Shown: positions 52,783 through 63,300 of the stretch, piece by piece
Layout: each line of letters starts with the position of its first letter
How positions within the stretch are numbered: the first letter of the stretch is position 1
From: Phycisphaerae bacterium
GTDB taxonomy: Bacteria; Planctomycetota; Phycisphaerae; WQYP01
Length of the DNA stretch: 64,000 nucleotides
Direction of reading: 5' to 3'
Assembly: GCA_038248985.1 (NCBI GenBank)
Contig: JBBRWV010000003.1
Coordinates: 437 to 64,436, forward strand
Program-made: the position numbers and the translations under genes
Notes under the pieces: generated by a model
The model's database searches: none
The model's input: only the letters and a program-made list of their open reading frames with translations
What the model was told of the DNA's origin: nothing

Positions 52783-54344
52783 TCGCGAATCTCCACCTGC
52801 GTGCCCAGCGGAATGATCGCATACAGCTCCTCAATATCCTCGTTGCTCAGCGCAATGCACCCCGCAGTCCCCGATCGCCCTTCCGCATGTCCATGAATAA
52901 ATATCTCGCCCCCCAATTTCGTGTACCACAGCTTCTTCTGATTCTCCTCCCGCGTCAGATCGCTCTCCAGCGCCTTCAAAATCTGCTCGTATTCCCCGCG
53001 CGAAATCAACCCCTTCGTCATCCCCCGCTCCGCATACTCCCTGTTCGGATAATCCAACCCCATCGACAAATGAAACTTGCTGTCCGGATTGCGGAACACC
53101 ACCCGGAACGTCCCCAGCGGCGTCCGCCGATCCCCCTCCTCTTCCTTATCCCCATCGCTTTTGCCCGTGATACAACTGTATCTTTTCACCAGCGCCGGCC
53201 CATCAAACAACTCCAGCGTTCCGGTCTTCTTGCTGATCAAAATTCGCGGCGACTGCAACTTCATGCTTTCTCCCTTGGCCGGCCTGTAATCCGGATTATA
53301 GGTATACACCGCCAGCCCCACTATTTCCCGCAACACCGCCTTGGGCTCGCTCGTAATCCACGCACCACGCACCGACGGCACAAGATAACACTCCATCCCC
53401 ACCTCCTTGAAACTCAAGCCTACCCGCGCCAGGTGCGACTCCGACGAAACCGCCGCCACCGTCCTGTACCCTCGCTCCATCATGAACCGCTTCGTGTTCG
53501 TCGCCGTCGCCCGCGTGTTAAACCCGATCGGATCCAGCGTAATCGCTGACTCCGGCACCCCTTCCTTCACGCACAACCACTTCATCGCCGATGGCTCATC
53601 ATAAATCTCCCCGTTCGGCTCCACACGCATCGCCCCCGACAACAGCAAATGCCCCGCCATCCCCTCCTTGTACATCTCAATCGCCGCCAGCGTTCGATCC
53701 CGCAGGATCGGCGACGGACGCCCCTCCGGCGCATACATCCCCAGCACCACCGCCACATCCACCCGCTTGCTCGGCACCCGCGCCGCACTATGCACCAGAA
53801 AATACGCCGCCCCCGCCACCATCACCGCCCCGCACCAACCATACAACGCCATCTGCCGCCACCGCGTCGTGCCACCCGTCGCCGCCAGCTTCCTCGCGAT
53901 CCTCAGCCACCGATACGACCCGTAAATCCATACCGCAAAAATCGGCGCCAGCATCAGCGACATCGGTAGGGGGGGTGAAAAATACCGCTCCCCTCCAAAA
54001 TGCATCCACAAATAACGCAACCCATCCACCACCAGCAGCCCCAGCATCACCACCGACGGCACCAGCGCCCTCCGCCCCCACTTCGCCGACATCGCCTCGT
54101 TCCGCCACTTCGGCCGCCACAGCCCCGCCAGCACCGGCCCTCCCAGCAGCGGCACCATCAGCACCGACAACACCCACCCAATCTGCACCACCCCGCCCAT
54201 CACCCATCCCATCCACCGCAAATCAATCCACAAATCAAACCGCCACGTCAGCAGCGAAAACACCGCCAGCACCGATACCAGCACATGCAGCATCCACGTA
54301 AAAATTCTCAATCTCTGATCGTGTGACTTCATCAAACCGCGCAT
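52779..54344 (-). CDS. membrane protein fusing a DUF218 (SanA/YdcF/ElyC-like) domain with a C-terminal L,D-transpeptidase (YkuD) catalytic domain
   Basis: N-terminal multi-TM region; middle region resembling DUF218 (VVLGMYAPEGRPSPILRDRTLAAIEMYKEG...LLLSG); C-terminal YkuD signature (ELFDG...HGH...GTAGCIAL). Confidence 0.65.
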   Translation of the reverse strand: MRGLMKSHDQRLRIFTWMLHVLVSVLAVFSLLTWRFDLWIDLRWMGWVMGGVVQIGWVLSVLMVPLLGGPVLAGLWRPKWRNEAMSAKWGRRALVPSVVMLGLLVVDGLRYLWMHFGGERYFSPPLPMSLMLAPIFAVWIYGSYRWLRIARKLAATGGTTRWRQMALYGWCGAVMVAGAAYFLVHSAARVPSKRVDVAVVLGMYAPEGRPSPILRDRTLAAIEMYKEGMAGHLLLSGAMRVEPNGEIYDEPSAMKWLCVKEGVPESAITLDPIGFNTRATATNTKRFMMERGYRTVAAVSSESHLARVGLSFKEVGMECYLVPSVRGAWITSEPKAVLREIVGLAVYTYNPDYRPAKGESMKLQSPRILISKKTGTLELFDGPALVKRYSCITGKSDGDKEEEGDRRTPLGTFRVVFRNPDSKFHLSMGLDYPNREYAERGMTKGLISRGEYEQILKALESDLTREENQKKLWYTKLGGEIFIHGHAEGRSGTAGCIALSNEDIEELYAIIPLGTQVEIRE

Positions 54345-54541
54345 CCCTGCCTCTGAATGAACCTCCTCAAGTATACCCGCTCCCTTTCATCGGCGCTTCC
54401 CCCCCAATCCCTCAACCGCCCCCACGCAAAAGTCCTCCCCCTTCAAGCGCACCGCCGCACCGCCGCGTCCGCCAACCCCGAGCGCGTGGAACGCTATTGG
54501 CCCGGCGATCCCGATGGCTCGATCCTATTCGCCCTGCCGTC

Positions 54542-55420
54542 TTACTTCGGATTCGCCACAAACGGCCCGCCCCGGCAATTCTTCAAATAATTCAACGCAA
54601 ACACCTGACCCGTCATTTCCTTCTCGCCGCAATACACCGGATCATGCCACCCTTCAATATCGATGCACCCCGACCACTTCGCCATCCGCAACATGCTGAT
54701 CACATCCGTCCAATTCGTGTCGCCAAACCCCGGCGTCCGATGCCACACAAACTGCTTGCCGCCCCGCAACCCATACGTCTTCAGCACATCCCACGCAATC
54801 GTCGCATCCTTGCCATGCACGTGAAAAATCTTCCCCGTCTCCAGCAGCTTCCGCAACTGCGGCAACGGATCGATCAAACTGTTCATCTGGTGGCACGGCT
54901 CCCACTCCAGCCCCACGTTCTCGCTCTCAAACGCATTGAACATCATCTCCCACGCCGTGGGCGAGTGCGCAATGTTGTACTTCGGTGCCTCCCACCGCCC
55001 GTTCATATCGCAATTCTCAAACGCAATCCGAATCCCCTTGTCCTTGGCCTTCTTCGCCAGCGGCTCCCACACCTTCTTGTACTGCTCCATGCTCTCATTC
55101 ACCGGCCGGTCTTCCAACGCCCCCGCAAACCCGCTCACCATCTTCGCCCCAAACAGATGCGCCTTGTCGATACACTCGCTGAACCCCACCGCATGTTCCG
55201 GATTCTGCAACGGATTGCCAAAAAATCCAATCGTGCTGATCACCGCCTTGTCGCCGCACACCTCCAAAACCTTCTTGGCCGTGCTCTCTATATCGCAATT
55301 GATCTTCTCCCAGAACGTCAGAGAAAAACTCTCAAATCCATGCGGCAATATCTGCGGAATATTCTTAACGCTCTCGCTCATCGCCACCAGCGTTCCAACC
55401 CGAATATCTAACTGCGACAT
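54542..55420 (-). CDS. sugar phosphate isomerase/epimerase (xylose-isomerase-like TIM barrel)
   Basis: start MSQLDIRVGT (upstream part of the track ORF is antisense read-through of the FHA gene); IFHVHGKD and IDIEGWHD metal-site patterns. Confidence 0.7.
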   Translation of the reverse strand: MSQLDIRVGTLVAMSESVKNIPQILPHGFESFSLTFWEKINCDIESTAKKVLEVCGDKAVISTIGFFGNPLQNPEHAVGFSECIDKAHLFGAKMVSGFAGALEDRPVNESMEQYKKVWEPLAKKAKDKGIRIAFENCDMNGRWEAPKYNIAHSPTAWEMMFNAFESENVGLEWEPCHQMNSLIDPLPQLRKLLETGKIFHVHGKDATIAWDVLKTYGLRGGKQFVWHRTPGFGDTNWTDVISMLRMAKWSGCIDIEGWHDPVYCGEKEMTGQVFALNYLKNCRGGPFVANPK

Positions 55421-55613
55421 GTTTACTCCCAGTAAATACAGGATAACGACCAATTCGTCGGAACCTCCCAGTCTACCCGCTCTCCCCCCTGCCTCCAACC
55501 ATCCCGCCCGCACTGTGGTCGCCTGGTGATGCAGGCCACCCGCCCGACAAGATGCCCGCACGACTGCGGGCGAGACACCAGCGCGAGACGCCTGTATCAC
55601 GGACGGGGACGGG

Positions 55614-56120
55614 TTATTTTTTCTTTTTGCTGAGGGCGGCGAGGGCGTCCAGGGGGTTGTTGGGGGTGGGGGTTTCATCCTCTTCTTCGACTTCCTCAAG
55701 CTCTTCGACTTCTTCGAGTTCGGCGCTGGCTTCGACGTCGACGGTGCCGTCTTCCTGCTGGGGTTGGTGGATGGGTGCGACGGTGCCGCCTTCAACGACG
55801 GTGCGAAGAGCTTTGACGTCTTCGGGCTGGCCGTCGATGACGACGGTGAAGATGACGGGGCCGAGGACGAGGGTGTCGCCGGCGACGAGGGGGGATTCCT
55901 GAACGCGTTTGCCGTTGACGAAGGTGCCATTGGAGGAGCCGAGATCGCGGACGGAGAGGTTTCCGCCAACGAGGTTGATCTGGCAGTGGCGGCGGGAGAT
56001 TATGCCGAGGGGGATTTGAAAATCGCAATCGGTGTTTCGGCCGAGGACGGCGGATTCTTTTTTGATGGCGAATTCGCGTTTTTGACCATCCTGTTTGAAC
56101 ATGACGAGGGAAATATCCAT
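55614..56120 (-). CDS. FHA-domain protein with acidic EEVEELEE linker and C-terminal poly-Lys
   Basis: start MDISLVMFKQDGQKREF; FHA signature (VLGRNTDCDFQIPLGIISRRHCQI...GSSNGTFVNGKRV). Confidence 0.75.
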   Translation of the reverse strand: MDISLVMFKQDGQKREFAIKKESAVLGRNTDCDFQIPLGIISRRHCQINLVGGNLSVRDLGSSNGTFVNGKRVQESPLVAGDTLVLGPVIFTVVIDGQPEDVKALRTVVEGGTVAPIHQPQQEDGTVDVEASAELEEVEELEEVEEEDETPTPNNPLDALAALSKKKK

Positions 56121-56245
56121 GATCGAAACCTCAGACAAGGAAAGAAATACCGAGTGAGCCGCGAGCGGGCGTGTTGTGGGGAGGCCAGCGCGCGGGGTAC
56201 GATTGAACCTTAACCATTGAAGCGCGGACGATCAAGGGAAAATAG

Positions 56246-57475
56246 ATGGCAGATGGAAAGGTGGAGCTGGTGCAACTGGGCGGCGGGGCGGCGCGTCCGG
56301 CGTATGGGGAAATGCCGCAGGTGGGGAAGGGGACGCGGGTGGAGGCGGTGTATGTGCATGTGCCGTTTTGTTCGACGAAGTGCGATTACTGCGATTTTTA
56401 CAGTGTGGCGGGGCACCTGGGGGAGGCGGAGGGGTATTTGGATTTGATGGAGCGGGAGGCGGAGTTGCAGTTGGGGCATTTTGGCAAGGCGCTGCCGGAG
56501 ACGATTTTTATCGGCGGTGGAACGCCGACGCTGCTGGAGGCGGGACAGTTGGAGCGGCTGCTGGGGATTTTGCGGAAGTGGCTGGATGTGAGCGGGGTGG
56601 TGGAGTGGACGGTGGAGGCGAATCCGAACACATTTGACGGGGAGAAGGCGCGGGTTCTGGCGGCGGGGGGGGTGAACCGCGTGAGTTTTGGGGCGCAGAG
56701 TTTTTTGCGGAACGAGTTGCAGGTGCTGCAGCGGGATCATGATCCGGAGAGCGTGGCGACGGCGTTTGCGGCGGCGCGGGCGGCGGGGATTGAAAATTTG
56801 AATGTGGATTTGATTTTTGGGATACCGGGGCAGACGGTGGGAAGCTGGGATTATTCTTTGGGGCGGGCGCTGGAGTTGGGATCGGATCATGTGAGTTGTT
56901 ACTCGCTGATGTATGAGCCGAACACGGGAATGACGGCGCGGTTGAAAAGGGGCGAGGTGGCGGCGATGGGGGAGGATGCGGAGTTGGAACTGTTTGAGCA
57001 TGTGTACATGCGGCTGCGGGAGGCGGGGTATGCGCGGTACGAGGTGAGCAACTATGCGCGGCCGGGGAAAGAGTGCCGACACAATGTGCATTACTGGAAG
57101 GGGAGCAATTGGTTGGCGTTGGGGACGGCGGCGGCGGGGCATGTGGCGGGTTGGCGCTGGAAAAATGTGGCGGGGCTGGGGCATTATGGGGAAGCGGTGC
57201 GGGCGGGGATTTTGCCGGCGACGGGGATGGAGCGTTTGAGTGCGGAGCGGCGCGCGGCGGAAATCGCAACGTTTTGGCTGCGGCTGGTGGAGGGGTTGGA
57301 GTATGCGGAGTTCAAGGAGCGGATGGGGGTGGATGCGCGGCCGGTGCTGGAACAGGTGCTGGGGGAGTTTGTGGAGATGGGGCTGGTGGAGTTGAGTGCG
57401 ACCCGGGCGAAGCTGACGGAGAAGGCGGTGGCGGTATCGGATGCGATCTTGCGGAAGGTGGTGGGGGCTTTTTGA
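56246..57475 (+). CDS. hemW: radical SAM heme chaperone HemW (HemN-like, coproporphyrinogen-oxidase-related)
   Basis: VYVHVPFCSTKCDYCDFYS (CxxxCxxC radical-SAM cluster), GGGTPTLL, HemN_C-like C-terminal region. Confidence 0.85.
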   Translation: MADGKVELVQLGGGAARPAYGEMPQVGKGTRVEAVYVHVPFCSTKCDYCDFYSVAGHLGEAEGYLDLMEREAELQLGHFGKALPETIFIGGGTPTLLEAGQLERLLGILRKWLDVSGVVEWTVEANPNTFDGEKARVLAAGGVNRVSFGAQSFLRNELQVLQRDHDPESVATAFAAARAAGIENLNVDLIFGIPGQTVGSWDYSLGRALELGSDHVSCYSLMYEPNTGMTARLKRGEVAAMGEDAELELFEHVYMRLREAGYARYEVSNYARPGKECRHNVHYWKGSNWLALGTAAAGHVAGWRWKNVAGLGHYGEAVRAGILPATGMERLSAERRAAEIATFWLRLVEGLEYAEFKERMGVDARPVLEQVLGEFVEMGLVELSATRAKLTEKAVAVSDAILRKVVGAF

Positions 57476-57705
57476 TTGGGGGCGGCGAGTTGAACCATGA
57501 GGGGACTAATGCACGAAGGTGTTGGAGGAAGGCGACGACGGCGGTGACGATCATGACGGAACCATGACGATGTGAAGATGATGAGGAACCACGAAGACGA
57601 TAGGGGGAAGAATAACGCTGGGGTATGGGCTGTTTGAGGGGGCGCGGGAGTGGCGCAAGGCTTATAAGTGAGCGGGGGCGGGGTGATGTTGGACGTGAGG
57701 CGCGG

Positions 57706-58170
57706 TTATTTGTCGGCGGGTTCGGTGGTGGGTTGCTCGACGGTGGGGGTGTCGGTCTGGTTCTTCAGCTCGGTGCGATTGCGTTGTTTGTTGACGAGGG
57801 TTTCGACTTCCTTGGGGGAGAGGCCTTCGGTGTTGTAGTCTTCGAGGAAGCGGTCGTGTTTGAAGGAGCGCGCGGCGACGAATTTGAGTTTGTTGGCGTT
57901 GGGGGCGACGGAGTACATGCTGACGGTGGAGGAGTCGACATCGAAGATGTAGAAGCCGAAAACGGAGGGGGTGAGTTGGGCGGGGGTCATGTAGAGGCCC
58001 CGGGCGCCGAGGAGGGGTGCGGGGGATTGGGCGAAGGCCGAGGGGTTGAAGGAGAGATCGGGGGAGCGGCCGGTGAGGTGGGTGTAGAGGGAGACGCTGG
58101 CGTTGGTGAAGAAGGCGAGGGCGAGGAGGTAAAGGGCGGGGCGGAGAAGTTTGATCGTGGAAGTGGACAT
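57706..58170 (-). CDS. hypothetical secreted protein
   Basis: start MSTSTIKLLRPALYLLALAFFTNASVS (signal-peptide-like); no known domain. Confidence 0.4.
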   Translation of the reverse strand: MSTSTIKLLRPALYLLALAFFTNASVSLYTHLTGRSPDLSFNPSAFAQSPAPLLGARGLYMTPAQLTPSVFGFYIFDVDSSTVSMYSVAPNANKLKFVAARSFKHDRFLEDYNTEGLSPKEVETLVNKQRNRTELKNQTDTPTVEQPTTEPADK

Positions 58171-58284
58171 GAGGCACCTCTGGGTAAAGACACTGGGCGG
58201 GAGGATTATGCAGCACACATGGGAGGACGGGGGAAATTCGTTACGGGGTTTAAGGTTCGGGAGCGCATTAGTATACTACGAGGC

Positions 58285-58689
58285 ATGATTATGAAGAACT
58301 TAAACGGTGTTGAAAAACAAACGGTGACGATGGCCGGGGCGGTGAAGGTGCAGATGCAGCTTCTGTGCGGGCCGGACGACGGGGCACCGACGTTTGCGAT
58401 GCGGAAGTTTATTGTGGCACCGGGGGGCTGCACGCCGCTGCATCAGCATGATTACGAGCATGAGGTGCTGATCCTGTCGGGGGAGGGAGTGGCGTTTGGC
58501 AATGGGAAGGAGAATGCGGTGAAGTCGGGGGATGTGTTGTTTGTGCCGGCGAATGAGGTGCATCAGTTTCGGAACACAGGCGGTATCCCGCTGCAGTTTA
58601 TTTGTTTAGTGCCGGCGTTTGTGCACAAGGCGGGAGCGCCCGTGCCGGTGGCGGTGAATTGTGCGTGTGATCCGGTGGCGGCGAAGTGA
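58285..58689 (+). CDS. cupin-domain protein
   Basis: start MIMKNLNGV; two-His-plus-Glu cupin motif region (LHQHDYEHEVLILSGEG...VLFVPANEVHQFRNTG). Confidence 0.7.
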   Translation: MIMKNLNGVEKQTVTMAGAVKVQMQLLCGPDDGAPTFAMRKFIVAPGGCTPLHQHDYEHEVLILSGEGVAFGNGKENAVKSGDVLFVPANEVHQFRNTGGIPLQFICLVPAFVHKAGAPVPVAVNCACDPVAAK

Positions 58690-58710
58690 GAGGTTTTTGG
58701 GAGGGGAGAT

Positions 58711-59463
58711 TTACGGTACCGGAGTGCGCGGGGAGAAAAAGTAATGGGCGGCCTGGAGTTCGCTGGGCTGGAGTTGGGTGCGAATGAGTTCCTGTTGAAG
58801 GCGGGCGAGAGGGTAGGGAAGATGATGCATATGGATATGGCCGTCGATGATGGTGATGTAGTGCGAACCCTGGTAGGGGTCTTCGCGGTGGCGGTAGGAG
58901 ATGGAGCCGGGGTTGAGCCAGAGATGATGGGGCGAGAGGTGATGGATGGCGGGCAGATGGGTGTGGCCGAAGATGAGACGGAGTGGAGAGTCGGGAGGCG
59001 ACAGGTGATAGCGCTGGTGGATGAAGGAATTAAAGGCGGGGGCGGAGTGGAGGGTGTCGTAGCCGGTGTAAAGGTGGGTCATGGCGTAGGGGATGGCGTC
59101 GATAGAAAATTGGAGGGCTTGGGGGAGGGATTCGAGGAAGGCGATTTCATCGGCGTTGAGGAGGGCGGCGTTGTGGTGACGCCAGGCGCGTTCGTGCGCG
59201 GGGATGGCGTGATAGGCTTTCGGGATGTCGCCTCGGCCGGCGGTGTGGAGTTCCTGCCAGGTGGCGGCGACGGCGGCGTCGTGGTTGCCCTGAACGGTGG
59301 GGATTTTGTGGTGGCGGATGAAGGCGAGGACTTCACGGGGGAAGGGGCCGTACTCGACGAGATCGCCGGCGCAGTAGATGACGTCGGCATCGGATTCTTT
59401 CTGGCAGACGGATTCGAGGGCGACGACGTTGGCGTGGATGTCGGAGAGGATGAGGGCTTTCAT
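58711..59463 (-). CDS. metallophosphoesterase (YfcE/MJ0936-like)
   Basis: start MKALILSDIHAN; DIH, GDLVEYGP, GNHD and GHTH metallophosphatase motifs. Confidence 0.75.
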   Translation of the reverse strand: MKALILSDIHANVVALESVCQKESDADVIYCAGDLVEYGPFPREVLAFIRHHKIPTVQGNHDAAVAATWQELHTAGRGDIPKAYHAIPAHERAWRHHNAALLNADEIAFLESLPQALQFSIDAIPYAMTHLYTGYDTLHSAPAFNSFIHQRYHLSPPDSPLRLIFGHTHLPAIHHLSPHHLWLNPGSISYRHREDPYQGSHYITIIDGHIHMHHLPYPLARLQQELIRTQLQPSELQAAHYFFSPRTPVP

Positions 59464-59564
59464 AGGTTTTCCAGAAGGATCAGAAGGCGGCAAGTTTGCC
59501 GTTGATTGAACGGCATGTGCGTGTAGGATAGCCGTGGAATGTTTTTTTTGAAAAGGAAACGGGC

Positions 59565-60230
59565 ATGAGTGCAAAATCAACCATGACATTGGGGTTGGTA
59601 TTGGTGGCGGGATTTGTGAGTATTTCGGGATGTCAGAGCACGTATTTTAGCGCGTGGGAAAAACTGGGGTATGCGAAGCGGGATATTCTGGTGGAGCGGG
59701 TGCAGGATGCGAAGAAAGATCAGGAGGAGGCGAAGCAGGAATTCCAGACGACGCTGGATCAGTTCAAGACGGTGACGGGATTCGCGGGCGGTAACCTGGA
59801 GGCCAAGTACAAGAAGCTGAACTCGGATTACCTGCGGTGCGAGGCGGCGGCGGGGGATGTCAAGAAACGCATCACGGCGGTGGAGACGGTGGGGGAGGCG
59901 ATGTTCAGCGAGTGGAAGGATGAGATCAAGCAGTATTCGAGCGATGAACTGCGGCGGGCAAGCCAGTCGAAGTTGCGGCTGACGCGGGATCGTTACGATC
60001 AATTGATCGAGGCGATGAAAAAGGCGGAATCGAAAATGCACCCGGTGCTTCGGGCTTTCAAGGACCAGGTTCTTTTTCTGAAGCACAATTTGAATGCGCA
60101 GGCAATCGCGAGCTTGGAGGGGACGAAGGTGGGGCTGGAGAAGGATGTGGGGCTGCTGATCCAGGAGATGGAGGCGAGCATCCAGGAGGCGAACAAGTTC
60201 ATCGAGGGGATGAAAGACGCGCCTAAATGA
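59565..60230 (+). CDS. DUF2959-like coiled-coil lipoprotein
   Basis: lipobox VSISGC; Lys/Glu-rich helical protein starting CQSTYFSAWEKLGY.KRDILV, typical of the DUF2959 family. Confidence 0.55.
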   Translation: MSAKSTMTLGLVLVAGFVSISGCQSTYFSAWEKLGYAKRDILVERVQDAKKDQEEAKQEFQTTLDQFKTVTGFAGGNLEAKYKKLNSDYLRCEAAAGDVKKRITAVETVGEAMFSEWKDEIKQYSSDELRRASQSKLRLTRDRYDQLIEAMKKAESKMHPVLRAFKDQVLFLKHNLNAQAIASLEGTKVGLEKDVGLLIQEMEASIQEANKFIEGMKDAPK

Positions 60231-60364
60231 AAAATACGTTCTCGTGATACCGGCGGACAATAGACGATTGGAGGCGTCAAAGGCTTTGGGATGATGAGGC
60301 AAAACGGTACAATTCATGTCCTATAAGTAGTCATACTTCATTGCGTTTTTCTAGGGATGGGTAC

Positions 60365-63300
60365 ATGCGAATTGATCCGCGTTTTCAAGTCGAGAGCGGA
60401 ACCGAGATATTTACCGGCTCCGAGTTATTGCTGAAGGGTTGTCTGGAGACACCGGGGGGCGTGGCGCTGTTGACGGGGTATCCGGGAAGTCCGGTGGCGG
60501 GTTTTTTTGATTCGTGCCATGACATCGCGGATCTGCTGCGGGAAAAAGGGGTTGCGGCCAAGATGGCCAACAACGAGGCGTTGAGCGTGGCGATGGTGAA
60601 CGGCGCGCAGATGGTGGGCGTGAAAGGGATCGCGGTTTTCAAGAGCGTGGGGTTGCATGTGGCGAGCGATGCGCTGTCGCTGGGAAATTTGGCGGGGATT
60701 CCGCATGCGACGGGCGGGGCGGTGATTGTGAGCGGGGATGATCCGTGGAGCGAATCGACGCAGGTGCCGGCGGATTCGCGTTTTTTGTTTGAGCATATGC
60801 GCGTGCCGGTGATCGAGCCGAGCACGGCGCAGGAGTTGAAGGACTGGATTGCGCACGCGTTTGATTTGAGTGTGGCGTCGAAGCTGTACCTGGGATTCAG
60901 CGTGACGGTGCAGTTGGCGGATGGCGGGGGAACCGTGGAGTGCCGGCCGAACCAGTGGCCGGCGGTGTCCTCGGTGCAGCGGATGACGATGGATACGAGC
61001 GTCATTCCACTGGAGACGACGGTGCTGTTGCCGCCGCGGAGTTGGCGGCAGGAACAGACGTTTGAAGATCGGTTTGTGCTGCTGCACAAGCGGGCGCGGG
61101 AATTGGGGCTGAACCGGTTGATGTACCCGGTGGAACGAAGCTGGCGCGGCGGGCGTTGCGAGAAGGCGCCGCTGGGCTTCATCAGCAGCGGGCCGAGCCA
61201 CGCGATGCTGTGCGATGCGCTGCGTGAGATGGGTTTGATGGGGGAATTTCCGATGTTGAAGCTGGCCATCAGCTATCCGGTGGACATGCAGATGGTGGAT
61301 CAGATTTGCACGATGTGCGAACGGGTGGTGGTGGTGGAGGAACGGCGGAGCTTCATTGAGAAGCAGATTGCCGAGCACATCAGCAAGATCCGGCAGGATG
61401 ACGCGAACGACCCGCGGGGGAAGGTGGAGTTATGGGGTAAGAATTTTCCACGCGGTCATGCGGGGATACCGGCGACGCGGGGGCTGCATCCGAGCATGTT
61501 GATCGAGAAGCTGACGGAATTTCTGCGGGACACGCCGAACATTCCGCATGAGTTGTCGAACGGGCGTCTGACGGAAGAGCTGAACACGATTGAGCTGGCG
61601 AGCCGGATGAAGGCGAAAGTGTCGATACGGACGCCGGCGTTTTGCCCGGGCTGCCCGCATCGGGATTCGTCGAACGCGCTGCTGGAGATTCGCAAGAATT
61701 TGTTGAATGCGGATTACATGCTGGCGCAGCACGGGCGGACGCCCGTCGATCTGGTATCGCACGGGGACACGGGATGCTACACGATGCTGATGTTTGAGCC
61801 GAACAAGCCGCTGATGCACAATTACAGCGGCATGGGCCTGGGCGGGGGCACGGGGGCGGGCGTGGATCCGTTTATTACGAACAAGCAGATTGTGTTCATG
61901 GGCGACGGAACGTTTTTCCATTCCGGTCAACTGGCGATCGGCAATGCGATCACGCAACAGCAGGACATCACGTTTATTATTCTCGAGAATCGCACGACGG
62001 CGATGACGGGGCACCAGCCGAACCCGACGCTGGAAGAAGACATCATGGGCAACAAGATTTTGAGCCATGATATTGAGCGGATCGTGCGGAGTCTGATACC
62101 GGAGGCGGCAGGGCCGCTGGGGAAGAACGCGCGGGAGAACAAGGAAGTGCCGCGGGCGCGGGTGATCCGGATGGATCCTTCGCTGCGGGAGGATTACAAG
62201 GACATGCTGGAGAAAGTGATCCTGGAGGACGGGGTGAAGATCGTGATCGCCGACAAGGAATGCGGGATCACGTTTCATCGACGGAAGCGACGGGAGGAAT
62301 TTGCGAAGAAAAAAGAAGTGGGTTTTGTGCGGCAGAAGACATACATGAACATCACGGATGAAGTGTGTGAATACTGCATGGAGTGTACGAATCAGACGGG
62401 ATGCCCCGGTCTAAAGATCACGGACACGGATTACGGCAAGAAGATGCAGACCGACTTTACGGGCTGCGTGAACGACGGGGCGTGCGCGCGGATCGATGCG
62501 TGCCCGAGTTTCGAGCAGGTGATCGTGACGCGCAAGCGGCCGCCGCGGCTGCCGGATGAAGTGGTGGATTTGCAGGGGATTCCCGATCCGCCCGCGGTGG
62601 CGAGCACGTTGTGGCAGACGAAGGATGTGTATCGCGTGTACCTGGCGGGCGTGGGTGGGATGGGAATTGGCGTGGCGGGGGATATTCTGGTGAGGGCTGC
62701 GCACAAGGATGGGTTGTTTGTCGGGTTCATCGATAAAAAGGGATTGGCGATTCGCAACGGGGGCGTGTTTTCGCAGATCCAGTTCAGCAAGCAGCCGATC
62801 GGCGGGACGCCGGTGACGCCGTTTGGCAAGGCGGATTTGCTTATTGGCGTCGATGCGCTGGAAGCGGCGCGGGCGTGCAGTCCGCAGGATTATTTGCGGG
62901 TGGCAAGTCCGAAGTTCACGCACGCGGTGGTCAATACGGGGAAGACGCCGACGATTTTGACGCTGCTGGGGCGTGATGATTTTGAGCCGGACGAACTGGT
63001 GGGGATGATCAAGGGGCAGTGCAAGCCGGGGCAGTTTTTCAGCTTCAACGTGGGCGATTTGTGCGAGCGTCTGCTGGACAGCAAGTTGTATGCGAACATC
63101 ATGATGATCGGCGTGGCGTACCAGTTGGGTTTTTTGCCGCTGAGTTACAAGAGTTTGACGCTGGCGATTCGGCACGCGGTGGGCCGGGAGTTTGAGCGGA
63201 ATTACCGTGCGTTCAACATCGGGCGGAAGATTGTTCTGCGGCCGGATTTGTTTGGCGTGGGGGCGCGCAAGGAAGTGGAAAGCGTGGACCAGGCGGTGGA

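Noticed and set aside
54542-55969. 475-aa ORF with Pro/Ser-rich N-terminus
   Set aside because: The N-terminal 183 codons are antisense to the FHA-domain gene; the real gene is the xylose-isomerase-like TIM-barrel protein starting at MSQLDIRV (55420).
57625-58689. 354-aa ORF with Gly-rich N-terminus
   Set aside because: Gly/Glu-rich N-terminal 220 codons are antisense to the 57706-58170 gene; only the C-terminal cupin domain from MIMKNLNGV (58285) is credible.
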